The notes under the pieces were generated by a model. That model saw only the letters and a program-made list of their open reading frames with translations, had not been told where the DNA came from and did no database searches. 29,528 nt of DNA from Archangiaceae bacterium (GTDB taxonomy: Bacteria > Myxococcota > Myxococcia > Myxococcales > Myxococcaceae). The stretch is taken from the NCBI GenBank assembly GCA_043750125.1, contig JAYVCD010000176.1, positions 1 through 29,528 of the forward strand, in the 5' to 3' direction. The first letter of the stretch is position 1. Every line of letters starts with the position of its first letter. The position numbers were made by a program, and so were the translations under genes. Shown piece by piece: positions 1 to 8,430 of this stretch.

Positions 1-2417
1 CGAAGCGTTGCCAATTCTTCACCGCGGGGATCCCTGCCGCTGCGGCCGAAGTTGCCGATCGGGTCGAGGCGTTCCTGCGGCTCGAGAACCGTCGACGCCT
101 GACGCAGCCGATCGACCTTGTAGCGAAAAAATGACTCGAGCCGGTTGAGCCCGGCGGTCAGCTCTGCGGGCAACGGGGCTTCAGGAGACAGACCTTCGAG
201 CGCTTGATCAATTCGCGCCGAATACGCCCGGCTCAAGAAATCATGAACCGGGTCGGCGGCCGGCAGCGCCTCGAGCGACGCCTTCCGCAACGCCAGGCTG
301 CGGTCGGCCCGGCCCAGCCGAGCAAAGCCCCACGCAAACTCGAAGCCGACGTACGCCCGGGTCAACGCCAGTGGAGCTTCGTTGGGAGAGCGCTTGCGCG
401 ACGTGTCGTCGAAGGCCTTGAGAATCGACTCGAGCTGCTGCGCGACGCGATTCGTTCGCTCGGTGCCCCCTCCGGCATTGGCCTGGCCGGTGACGCGCAA
501 AAGCCGGGGGACGTCGCGCTCGAGCGACAGCCCGCGCGTCAGCCGGCCGAGCAGCCGGTCGCGGGCGCGGGCGAGCAGCAGGGCGTCTCCTCCACTGAGC
601 GCAGAGAGGGCGACCCGCCCCAGCCAGAGCGTGCGCACGTCGAGGCTCTCGTCGAACTTGTCGAGCCAGGCGGTGAGCGCGCTCAGCCGCCGGGTCCACG
701 AGGAGTCTTTCGAGAGGGCCACCTGGGTGAGGTGGGCGACGAAGGCCTGGGCCTGTTCGGCGTCCGGGTTGGTGAGCGCCAGCAGGACCTCGAGCCGGGT
801 GCCGCTGACGTTGGCCCAGCGACGCGAGAGGTTGAGCGCTTCATCGTTGTCGGCTTCCCAGATCGCGTGGCCCCAACACAGCCCCCCTTCGCGATGGCGG
901 TTGAGCCGCGAGTAGAGCTCGGCCAGGCGGACCCACGCCGCGCGCCGCTCGGAAGAATCGGAGCGGGCTTCGAGCGCGAGAAATGCCTGCTCTTCGCGGG
1001 CGAGGTTCTCTTCGAGCTCAGAAGGGGGCAGCGCAGTGGGCAGCTGCAGCTGCACCGCCGAAGGGGTCCGCCCCGCGTCGGCCCGCGCAACTCGGGGGGT
1101 GGCCGCTCGGGGCCGAGTCAGACCGGGCTCGGTGGGCTCGGTGGAACGGACCGCTTTTCGAGGGCGGGTGGAGCTGCCTGCCCCGCCGTCCCCCTCATCC
1201 ACCGGAAGGCGCGGACCCAGCACGTCGTCGATAAAGAACGCCTCGAAGTGGAAGCGAGCGGACCGGATCCACGGCTCGAGCACCTGCTCGCCGCCCTCGA
1301 TGACGTAGTCGACCCACTCGGAGAGCGGGCGAAAGGCGCTCTCTGGAAGCGCGACGCGTGAGAAGCCGCCCCCGCCGGTGGGCTCGAGCCAGCTGAGCAC
1401 GTCGGGGTCATTGGCCAGCCAGCTGCGAAGGCGATCTCGGCGCAACGGAGGTTCGATGGTGAGGCCCAGCGGCGCGTAGAGGTTGGGCAATTCGAACAGG
1501 CGCGCGTACGGATCTCCGGGAAGCGCGCCAGAAGCCGACTCGCGACCCGGCCGGAATCGCAGCGCGAGCGTGTCGTTCGAGACCGCGAACATCAGCCCGT
1601 CGAGCGCGGCCTGCGGAGTCGAGCGCACCAGGGCCTCGATCGCCTGCAGACCCTTGTTGGTGATCCACAACGAAGGGGCATCGTGGCGAGCGGCGCGGGT
1701 GAGCTTGAGGGTCACCGGAAGCCGCGGCACGGTCGGCTCGGTGGGAAGCAGGCCAAGCGCCGGAAGCTGGGTGGGGGTGACGAGCTGGTCTGCGTCGGTC
1801 CACGGGCCATCGGCGACCAATTGCCAATCGCCCACCCCGGGGACGAGCAACATTCCAGCCCGGGGCAGCTCGAGCGTGGGAACCAGCGGGTGAGCAAAGC
1901 CCAGCTCGGTCCACACCGAGTCCTGGTGGGTGGGCGTCGGGACCCAGGCGCGCAGTCCATCGACCCGATCGAGCGCGCGGTTGAGCACGAACCAGGGCGG
2001 CTGATGGACCCGGACCAGCGAGACGATTCCTTCGGCGCCGCGGACGACTCTGAATTCCTGGCGGTCGCAGCCCAGCCGCAGCAGCTCACCGCATAGGGCC
2101 AGCATTCCTTCCGAGGTGGGAAAGGTGAAGAGCACCCGCGCCGGAGTTGCCGTCGGCTCGTCGGTGCGACGCGCGGGAAGCGTGGCGGCCCAGCAGCAGA
2201 CGCTGACCAACCCCGACGAGCTGGCGCGCTCGACGACTCCGGCCTGGCGCAGGGCCAGCTTCTTCGCGGTGGGCACGGGAAGCGAGGGTTGAACTTCGAT
2301 CGACCCGTCTGCGAGTCGGGTGAACTTGACCTCGGCTCGCTGAACCTCAGGGGGCACCAGCCCCGACTTGAGGGCAATCTGCAGAGCGCTGGCGCTGGCG
2401 AAGACGAGGGAATCCAC
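1..2417 (-). CDS. Large (>805 aa) uncharacterised protein, FtsH ternary-system component (fvmX7-like; numbering tentative); 3' end beyond left edge
   Basis: Absent from the ORF track, consistent with no stop inside the window. Hand translation from GTG 2417: MDSLVFASASALQIALKSGLVPPEVQ...LCGELLRLGCDRQEF...PPWFVLNRALD...AFRPLSEWVDYVI, then a low-complexity linker, then FRYKVDRLRQASTVLEPQERLDP. All segments translated are open, GC3-rich and in one frame. Family recognised from memory. Confidence 0.8.
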   Translation of the reverse strand, partial: MDSLVFASASALQIALKSGLVPPEVQRAEVKFTRLADGSIEVQPSLPVPTAKKLALRQAGVVERASSSGLVSVCCWAATLPARRTDEPTATPARVLFTFPTSEGMLALCGELLRLGCDRQEFRVVRGAEGIVSLVRVHQPPWFVLNRALDRVDGLRAWVPTPTHQDSVWTELGFAHPLVPTLELPRAGMLLVPGVGDWQLVADGPWTDADQLVTPTQLPALGLLPTEPTVPRLPVTLKLTRAARHDAPSLWITNKGLQAIEALVRSTPQAALDGLMFAVSNDTLALRFRPGRESASGALPGDPYARLFELPNLYAPLGLTIEPPLRRDRLRSWLANDPDVLSWLEPTGGGGFSRVALPESAFRPLSEWVDYVIEGGEQVLEPWIRSARFHFEAFFIDDVLGPRLPVDEGDGGAGSSTRPRKAVRSTEPTEPGLTRPRAATPRVARADAGRTPSAVQLQLPTALPPSELEENLAREEQAFLALEARSDSSERRAAWVRLAELYSRLNRHREGGLCWGHAIWEADNDEALNLSRRWANVSGTRLEVLLALTNPDAEQAQAFVAHLTQVALSKDSSWTRRLSALTAWLDKFDESLDVRTLWLGRVALSALSGGDALLLARARDRLLGRLTRGLSLERDVPRLLRVTGQANAGGGTERTNRVAQQLESILKAFDDTSRKRSPNEAPLALTRAYVGFEFAWGFARLGRADRSLALRKASLEALPAADPVHDFLSRAYSARIDQALEGLSPEAPLPAELTAGLNRLESFFRYKVDRLRQASTVLEPQERLDPIGNFGRSGRDPRGEELATL

Positions 2418-2480
2418 GGGCTGCAGAAGTAAGCCGAACCGAGCCTCGATGCAGCTACTTACGCAGCGTAGGCTGGCGAG

Positions 2481-2666
2481 ATGAACCGGCTGCCTGCGCC
2501 GAAACTTACCGATTGGCTCGAGCCGATGCTGCCGTCTACCCGGTACCGGGTTCAGCTCGGGGCCCACGCGCTGCTCGAGCATCGCCCGGGACACGGCGCG
2601 CGCCTACCGCTGGCGGTCCCGGAACCGATTGCTGAGGCGATTCGCCGGGTGGCCGAGCAAATTTAG
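2481..2666 (+). CDS. Small hypothetical protein (61 aa), possibly a remnant of an alpha/beta-hydrolase C-terminus
   Basis: ATG start, GC3-rich codons, fills the gap between two minus-strand genes and stops 1 bp from the next gene's stop. Tail PGHGARLPLAVPEPIAEAIRRV loosely resembles the hydrolase C-terminal helix. Confidence 0.4.
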   Translation: MNRLPAPKLTDWLEPMLPSTRYRVQLGAHALLEHRPGHGARLPLAVPEPIAEAIRRVAEQI

Positions 2667-2667
2667 A

Positions 2668-2934
2668 TCAGCGCTTGTTCGCCACCGGCGCAGCGCGGGG
2701 TGCTTCCTTCTGCGGCTCTTCCTGCGGTCCGGTGACGACGCCTTCCCGTTCGATCACCACCTGGCCCATGTCCTCGGCGGTGACGGTGCCGCCGGCGATC
2801 AATGCCGCGACAATCTTCCGATGCGCCTCTTCGTGCTCCATCGGCAGCGCGTCGGGGTCAGACTCGTACTTCACCCAGACGTTCTTCTTCTTCGTCACCG
2901 GGTCGGTCTGAAGCCTCAAGGTCAAGGTGGCCAT
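2668..2934 (-). CDS. Small acidic protein, FtsH ternary-system component (fvmX3-like, tentative)
   Basis: 88 aa ORF MATLTLRLQTDPVTKKKNVWVKYESDPDALPMEHEEAHR, 4 bp downstream of the AAA protease stop, strong coding bias. Confidence 0.8.
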   Translation of the reverse strand: MATLTLRLQTDPVTKKKNVWVKYESDPDALPMEHEEAHRKIVAALIAGGTVTAEDMGQVVIEREGVVTGPQEEPQKEAPRAAPVANKR

Positions 2935-2938
2935 CGCT

Positions 2939-5059
2939 TCAGCCCTCGGTGGGAACGGGGTTCTGGTTCAGCCCCGCGGGAAGAAAGGAGCTCAGTGCTT
3001 CGCGATCGAGGACCTTCTTCTGGACCAGCAGGTCGCGCAGGGTCTCGACCAGCACCCGGTTGTCGCGAAGGATGCGGGCGGCGCGGCCTCGTTGCTCTTC
3101 GAGGATCTTCCGGACTTCGGCTTCCGCGTGCCCCTTCAAGGCCTCGGACGGCTCGAGATCTTCGTTGCTGCGCCGCTCGAGCCGCCGCACTCCGACCGCG
3201 TCACCGCCCATTCCAAACTCTTCCACCAGGGCCCGCGCGATCGCCGTCGCGCGATCGAGATCCGACGAGCTGCCGATCGACAGGTCATTGAGGCACAGCA
3301 CCTCGGCCTCACGTCCTCCGAACAAGGTGCAGATCTGATCGAGCAGCTGCCCCTGGGTCACCACGTACCGATGCGCGGGGTCCGAGTAGCTGACGAAGCC
3401 CAGCGAGCCCGCGAGGTCGCCGCGAATCGAGATGCGATCAATCGGAGGGCTGTGGGTACAGAACAGCGCCGCCACCGCGTGTCCCGCTTCGTGGGTGGCG
3501 ACGACCTTCTCTTCTCGGCCCGTCAACGCGGGACGTTCGACGAACTCATTGAGCGTCTTCTCGATGTCGTCGACGGTGGTCGCATCAAAGCGGTCTTCGC
3601 GCAGTCGCATGCGCGCCAACGAGCGACACAGGGCCTGCAGATGGTCGCCCGAGTAGCGGGTGGTCATGCCCTCGACCAGGTCGCCGGTGCGCTTGACGGT
3701 GTAGTCCATCGCCCGCGGCGAGAAGTTCAGCGACATCTTCTGGTCGTAGATGCCCAGGATCGCGCGCCGGTCTTCCATGTTCGGAAACGGAACGTGGAGG
3801 TGGAACTCGAACCGTCCGGGCCGCAGCAGCGCGGGGTCCAGCGACTCGACGAAGTTGGTAGTGCCGACGACGAACACCAGCTCTTCTTTTCGAAAGCCGT
3901 CCATCTCGGTGAGCAGCTGGTTCACCATCGAGTGCTCGACCCCGCTGCCGACGTGCATCCCCCGCCGCACCGCGAACGAATCGAGCTCGTCGAAGATGAT
4001 GATCGCCGGAGCCGCCTGGCGGGCCTGCACGAACACCCGGCGCAGATTCTCTTCACTTTCCCCGACCCACTTCGACTTCAGCTCGGGCCCGCTGACGACC
4101 GAGACCGCCGCGCCAAGAGAGGTGGCCATCGCCTTGGCGAACAGCGTCTTCCCCGTTCCCGGAGGCCCCCAGAAAATCATCCCCCGGGGAATCAGCCCTT
4201 CGACCCGCTTCACCTGCCCCTCGTCGGCGAGGGCTTCCTTCAGCTTGAGGACGTCGAGAATTTCCTTCTGCAGCCGCTCTTTGACTTTCGGGTAGCCGCC
4301 GATGTCGCGGATGAGATCCACCTCGGGGACCTGCAGCGCACCGACGAGGGTATTCGCGCGCAACTGGCCCAGCGCCGGCCTGGGGTCCGAGGGGTAATCT
4401 TCGCCCTGCAGCGTCGAGAGCATTCGACGCAGCCGCACCGCGTTCACGCCCGAGACGTGCTTGTACAGCGAGTAGGGCTTGAAGATTTTTCCGGCCGAGA
4501 GCTTTCGCGATTCGCGTTGGGTGACCAGCTGGCCCAGCCGTTCGCGCGGAGTGCCCAGCAGCGACTCGCTGCGCGGGAACAGATTTTCAATCACCCGGGG
4601 AATCGGAAAGCTCGGGTCTTTGAAGCCGAGGATCACCAGCTCGGGATTTTCGTACAACAGGGGAATCGCCTCGCGCGCCTCGGACGTGAGCCCGCCCACG
4701 CTGGTGGTGAGCAGGTCCAGGTGCGGCAGCGCGAGGACCCGTTCGGCCACGGCGCCGCGCACCGCTTCGCGCAGCAAGAAGATGATCGCCGCGACGAGGC
4801 TGATTCCCGGTGGCAGCGGGGGCATGTCCGAGATGGGCCGCCCGTCGAGGTAGAGGAAACTCTTTCCTTCCTTCTTCAGCCGATCGCGCACGCAGCGGTA
4901 CAGGTACGGAGTGAGCTCTTTGTCCGCCTCGACCAGCACTGACAGTCCGTTGCGCAGCGAATCGGTGATGCGGGAAATGGCGTCCGGATAAGCGGCCTCG
5001 ACGGCGGCAAAGGCGTTGAGCTCGAGGGGAAGGGCGGCCTCGGCGACCTCGGTGCTCAA
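2939..5059 (-). CDS. Soluble AAA+ ATPase / M41 zinc metallopeptidase (FtsH-like, no TM anchor) with a degenerate N-terminal AAA-like domain
   Basis: Walker A GPPGTGKT, pore loop SKWVGESE, Walker B IIIFDELD, second region of homology ALLRPGRFE, zinc motif HEAGH and GSSSDLDRAT. TTG start overlaps the upstream stop (TTGA). No hydrophobic helices. Confidence 0.93.
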   Translation of the reverse strand: MSTEVAEAALPLELNAFAAVEAAYPDAISRITDSLRNGLSVLVEADKELTPYLYRCVRDRLKKEGKSFLYLDGRPISDMPPLPPGISLVAAIIFLLREAVRGAVAERVLALPHLDLLTTSVGGLTSEAREAIPLLYENPELVILGFKDPSFPIPRVIENLFPRSESLLGTPRERLGQLVTQRESRKLSAGKIFKPYSLYKHVSGVNAVRLRRMLSTLQGEDYPSDPRPALGQLRANTLVGALQVPEVDLIRDIGGYPKVKERLQKEILDVLKLKEALADEGQVKRVEGLIPRGMIFWGPPGTGKTLFAKAMATSLGAAVSVVSGPELKSKWVGESEENLRRVFVQARQAAPAIIIFDELDSFAVRRGMHVGSGVEHSMVNQLLTEMDGFRKEELVFVVGTTNFVESLDPALLRPGRFEFHLHVPFPNMEDRRAILGIYDQKMSLNFSPRAMDYTVKRTGDLVEGMTTRYSGDHLQALCRSLARMRLREDRFDATTVDDIEKTLNEFVERPALTGREEKVVATHEAGHAVAALFCTHSPPIDRISIRGDLAGSLGFVSYSDPAHRYVVTQGQLLDQICTLFGGREAEVLCLNDLSIGSSSDLDRATAIARALVEEFGMGGDAVGVRRLERRSNEDLEPSEALKGHAEAEVRKILEEQRGRAARILRDNRVLVETLRDLLVQKKVLDREALSSFLPAGLNQNPVPTEG

Positions 5060-5622
5060 ATCCGTACCTTGATCGTCAGGTTGCCGCTGCCGTCTTCATG
5101 AATCTCTTCGACGGTTCCCAGCTCTCCGGCCCGCTTCTTCAGCGCGCTGGCCGTGACCTTGTTGACCACGGCATCGAGCTCTTCTTTCAGATCTTTCAAC
5201 TTGGCCTCGAGCTGCGCGGTGACCTTGCGGCGAAGCGCTTCTTCCTCGGCCTGGGCCTCGCGGTCCAGCTGCTCTTTTGCAGCCGCGCGCAGCTGCTCTT
5301 CGAGCTGGGGATCAACGGCGTTGGTGTTGAGGATCACCCGGGTGCGTTGGGTCTCGAGGTCCAGATCGACGTGGCCTTCGACGGTGATCGCCACTTCGCC
5401 CGATTCGACGTTCACCTTCACGGTGATCCCGTCTGGGTCTTTGCGAACGGCGTGGTCCCCCTCGCGCAGGAAACCCTTCTGTTCGAGCTCGGCCGAAAGC
5501 AAAGCCCCCATCGCGCCTTTCCCCAGAATGGGAAGCAGCTCGAGGTTGCTGCATACCCCGTCGTCGACTTGAACGTGGCGGCTGAGGCTCTCGGCGATGG
5601 TGATTCGGTAGGCGCGACTCAT
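5056..5622 (-). CDS. Coiled-coil uncharacterised protein, FtsH ternary-system component (fvmX5-like, tentative)
   Basis: 188 aa from ATG 5622 (MSRAYRITIAESL...LELLPIL), charged helical C-half, ends GNLTIKVRI. Translationally coupled to the AAA gene. Confidence 0.8.
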   Translation of the reverse strand: MSRAYRITIAESLSRHVQVDDGVCSNLELLPILGKGAMGALLSAELEQKGFLREGDHAVRKDPDGITVKVNVESGEVAITVEGHVDLDLETQRTRVILNTNAVDPQLEEQLRAAAKEQLDREAQAEEEALRRKVTAQLEAKLKDLKEELDAVVNKVTASALKKRAGELGTVEEIHEDGSGNLTIKVRI

Positions 5623-5655
5623 GGCGGCGGACCCCACCACAGTCCGGCTGAACCC

Positions 5656-7203
5656 TCAATCGCCAGACTTGCGGGGGCCGACGCCGAAGGTGTTGTCGCT
5701 GTGAAAACCCTTTGGATGGTTGAGGAATTCCTCGGCGCGCCGGGGCCCGAGCAGCCTTTCCAGCTCGTCAATCATTCGCTCGTCCTCGACGAGAAAGAGC
5801 CGGAAAGCCCGCATCACCGCAACCCCGTCTTCCGGATTCCCCCTCGGCCTGAGGCCCGCCCGTTCGTCGGCCAGCGTCCGCACCGCCTCGGCAAAGTCAT
5901 CTTTCAGCGCCTTGGCCCGAAGCTCGTTGAAGATCGTCTCGGTGCCCAGCGTGCTGGCCAGATTGGGGTCGCCTCCGATTTCTTTGTAGATCTTCAGCAG
6001 CCCAGTGCGAGTGCGCGCGCTCGAACCCTCGAACAGCTCTCTGACTTTCGCCACCTCTTCGGGGGTCAACCCGAGCTCGTCTCTCACCTTGTCATCGACC
6101 TTGATCGGCTCGCCCGACAGCTGGGGCCCACGCAACCGCAGCTCGCCCTTCTGCGCGGACGCGAGCAGCTCGGCGGGCTCAAACCGGTAGTAGTTGCGCT
6201 TCGGGTGGCTGCCTTCCGTTTCGGCCGCCAGCTTCTTCTTCAGCGCTTCGCGCTGTCCGAGGAGCGCTTCTTTCTCGTCTCTCAACGCTTCGACCATCGC
6301 GATCAGCTGCGGTTGGGTCATCGCCTGCAACGCAGAAGGAGCGGGAATCCGGGTCGGCTCGCCGGTGAGCGCGAGCGGGCGCGACGCGCTCGGCCGGGCG
6401 TCGCCTCCTTTCCACTGCTCGCCTGCGCTCACCACCACCGGCGCCCCCACCCCCTGCCGAACGCTGGCGTGGCCTTCGATGACGAACAGAGTCAGCGCTC
6501 CTCCCATCGCGGCGGCGACGGCGACAGACGACAGCTTGATCCATTGGGTCTTCATCAATTCTCCCGAGCGGGTGGTGTTCAGCACGTCGGTGACACGAGC
6601 CACCCCTTCGGCAGGTTCCATCGAGAGAACCGAAACTCCGTTCACTTCCACCGTCGCCCCCGAAGCGGTGAGCGTCAGTCCTTCCGCCCGAACCACCGCG
6701 GTGCCTCGAGTCAGCGCCAGCCCCTTGTCATGGGTCAGCTGCGCGCCCCCCGGCATCAACACCGTCGCGCCCTGCCCGTCCAGCTGGGCCGACGCCGCGC
6801 GCGCCACCTCGAGGAGCCAACGAGCGCCCCCAAGGGTTGCGGGCGCGGTGAGGGTTTTTCCGTCAACCTTCACCTCTCCGGTCGGTACGACCCCCCACTG
6901 CTCGGCAGGCGCGCCGAGGAAAGTCCAACCGAGGAAGCAGAGCCCCACTGCCGCGGCGGCCAGGCCGACCCACAGCTCGAGGCCCGGGGTGCGCCTCTTC
7001 GGTTCCGGCCGGCGGACTCTGGCGATCAACGCTTCGAGCTTCGCCTCGCTCAGGCCCACCGGCAGCGAACCCACCGCGGCGTCGAGCACCTGCAACTGCC
7101 TCAACCGCTCGGCAAACCCCGCCTGGGCTTCGAGCGCGCGCGCGGCCTCGGGGGAAAGCTCTCCGGCCCGGTAGCGCGACAGCTGTTCGAACTCTTCACT
7201 CAT
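5656..7203 (-). CDS. Membrane-anchored anti-sigma factor with FecR-like beta region, coiled coil and uncharacterised C-terminal domain
   Basis: N-terminal LSRYRAGELSPEAARALE anti-sigma-type helix, TM segment LWVGLAAAAVGLCFLGWTFLG, FecR-like strands (LALTRGTAVV, TVEVNG, LFVIEGHASV, VVVSAGEQW). ATGA overlap with the ECF sigma gene. Confidence 0.8.
   Translation of the reverse strand: MSEEFEQLSRYRAGELSPEAARALEAQAGFAERLRQLQVLDAAVGSLPVGLSEAKLEALIARVRRPEPKRRTPGLELWVGLAAAAVGLCFLGWTFLGAPAEQWGVVPTGEVKVDGKTLTAPATLGGARWLLEVARAASAQLDGQGATVLMPGGAQLTHDKGLALTRGTAVVRAEGLTLTASGATVEVNGVSVLSMEPAEGVARVTDVLNTTRSGELMKTQWIKLSSVAVAAAMGGALTLFVIEGHASVRQGVGAPVVVSAGEQWKGGDARPSASRPLALTGEPTRIPAPSALQAMTQPQLIAMVEALRDEKEALLGQREALKKKLAAETEGSHPKRNYYRFEPAELLASAQKGELRLRGPQLSGEPIKVDDKVRDELGLTPEEVAKVRELFEGSSARTRTGLLKIYKEIGGDPNLASTLGTETIFNELRAKALKDDFAEAVRTLADERAGLRPRGNPEDGVAVMRAFRLFLVEDERMIDELERLLGPRRAEEFLNHPKGFHSDNTFGVGPRKSGD
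6553..6565 (-). promoter_or_regulatory. Candidate internal ribosome-binding site and in-frame ATG (Met217) within the anti-sigma gene
   Basis: Minus strand reads GGGAG-AATTG-ATG AAG ACC: a Shine-Dalgarno 5 nt before an in-frame ATG, followed by a signal-peptide-like sequence. Confidence 0.5.
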
Positions 7204-7775
7204 GACTCACCTGCCCGCACGAAAGTTTTGGCTTGAGACAACAGCGGCTGAAGGCTGACCGCCAAAGCGGCCCGCGCTCGGTGAAGACGGGACTTCAGGG
7301 TTCCCATCGGCACGCCTTCCACCTGGGCGACGGCTTCGAGCGACTGCCCGTGAAGCTGGGTCAAGACGAAGACCGTGCGCTGCGCCTGGGGCAACTGGGC
7401 GAGCGCCGCCTCGAGCGCCGCGTCCAGCTGCTGCTGATGGACGGCGACGAAAGCGCTCGGTCGGTCATCGGCCACCTCGAGCCCGGTTTCCATCGGCGCG
7501 AGCTTTAAGTGACGACGCTTCTTTTCGTCGAGCAACCACCGATGCGCGACGGTGAAGACCCAGGTGGTGAGAATCGCCGGACCGTCGAACTCGAACCGGT
7601 TCACCACCGTGAGCAGCTTCTCGAGCAGCTGTTGAGTCAGGTCGTCCGCGTCGTTCTCGTTGCCGGCGCGCCGAACGAACGAATGCAGCACGGGGGCGTA
7701 CCGCCGCAAGAAGACGTCTTGGGCCCCTCGGTCGCCCCGCCGCAGCTGTTCGACGGTGAATCTGTCCAACTCCAT
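7200..7775 (-). CDS. ECF-subfamily RNA polymerase sigma factor (191 aa)
   Basis: Region 2 DADDLTQQLL...TTWVFTVAHRWLLDEKKRR; region 4 LAQLPQAQRTVFVL...SLEAVAQVEGVPMGTLKSRLHRARAAL. Start trimmed to ATG 7775 (MELDRF) because the longer ORF overlaps the upstream gene. Confidence 0.93.
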   Translation of the reverse strand: MELDRFTVEQLRRGDRGAQDVFLRRYAPVLHSFVRRAGNENDADDLTQQLLEKLLTVVNRFEFDGPAILTTWVFTVAHRWLLDEKKRRHLKLAPMETGLEVADDRPSAFVAVHQQQLDAALEAALAQLPQAQRTVFVLTQLHGQSLEAVAQVEGVPMGTLKSRLHRARAALAVSLQPLLSQAKTFVRAGES

Positions 7776-7788
7776 GGGCTCGAGGGTC

Positions 7789-7814
7789 ACACGAACTGGG
7801 CCGAAAAAGGTTCC
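7789..7814 (-). promoter_or_regulatory. Putative autoregulatory ECF promoter (-35 GGAAC, 16-nt spacer, -10 CGTGT)
   Basis: Minus strand GGAAC-CTTTTTCGGCCCAGTT-CGTGT lies in the 40-bp gap just upstream of the sigma ATG and matches the common ECF AAC/CGT architecture. Confidence 0.6.
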
Positions 7815-7815
7815 G

Positions 7816-8319
7816 TCAGCTCTTCGATTGCAGCCCGACTGCGATCGTCCCTTCTGGCTGGGGGCCAAACTTCATCGCTCCCGCGGGGAGGAAATAGAGG
7901 ATGTCCATCAGGCCCCCTTCCACCGTCGGCACGTGCCACGAGCCGGGGGCGTACACCGTCCACCCTTCGCTGCGCCCATCGAACCGCGGGCTGCCCGAGA
8001 CTGCGAAGCAAAGGTCGAACTCTCCGCCGGGGTGGGTGTGCGCCATGCCCGCACCGGACATGTGCACCGCGTCGATCGACAGGCCCCCTTCGGTCGATTT
8101 CAAGACCCGGGAATAGCGGACGCCTTCGTTCTCGCGCTCGCACAGCCAGCGTGCTTCGACGCCTTCGCGCATCATCGCCTTGACCCGCTGGATCTGCGGC
8201 GAATCGATGGGAAGCTTCGCTGCCAACGCAACGCCCGCAGCGGGGTCGGACACGTTCGTCTCGCGCAGCGCCGCCAACACCGGCCCCAGCGCTTCAAGAA
8301 ATTCTTCCCGGTTTGCCAT
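7816..8319 (-). CDS. DUF4863 / 4-hydroxylaminobenzoate lyase (PnbB)-like cupin protein (167 aa)
   Basis: C-terminal part of the 389 aa track ORF, from MANREEFLEAL. Contains WLCEREN.GVRYSRV, SIDAVHM, HTHPGGEFDL, FDG...GWTVYAPGSWHVPTVEGG, ILYFLP.G. Confidence 0.8.
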   Translation of the reverse strand: MANREEFLEALGPVLAALRETNVSDPAAGVALAAKLPIDSPQIQRVKAMMREGVEARWLCERENEGVRYSRVLKSTEGGLSIDAVHMSGAGMAHTHPGGEFDLCFAVSGSPRFDGRSEGWTVYAPGSWHVPTVEGGLMDILYFLPAGAMKFGPQPEGTIAVGLQSKS

Positions 8320-8402
8320 CGGACGAAGCCACCACAGGTCGGAAGTGACTGCCATCATTCCTTCTACCCCCCGCGGCGGCCTGTTCTCGCGCGCTTCCCC
8401 TC

Positions 8403-8418
8403 TGGCACCTGCGCTGCA
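8403..8418 (+). promoter_or_regulatory. Putative sigma54 (-24/-12) promoter of the FIST gene
   Basis: TGGCAC-CTGCG-CTGCA with exact GG-N10-GC spacing (GG 8404-8405, GC 8416-8417). Predicted +1 is about 8429, 2 nt before ATG 8431. Confidence 0.5.
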
Positions 8419-8430
8419 CCCATACCCGGG

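Noticed and set aside
2939-5059. Calling the AAA protease housekeeping ftsH
   Set aside because: No TM or periplasmic region, Cdc48-like pore loop and an atypical neighbourhood.
204-7236. Long plus-strand ORFs 204-1361, 2927-4942 (671 aa) and 5098-7236 (712 aa)
   Set aside because: Antisense shadows of GC3-biased minus-strand genes that carry clear motifs; no recognisable domains of their own.
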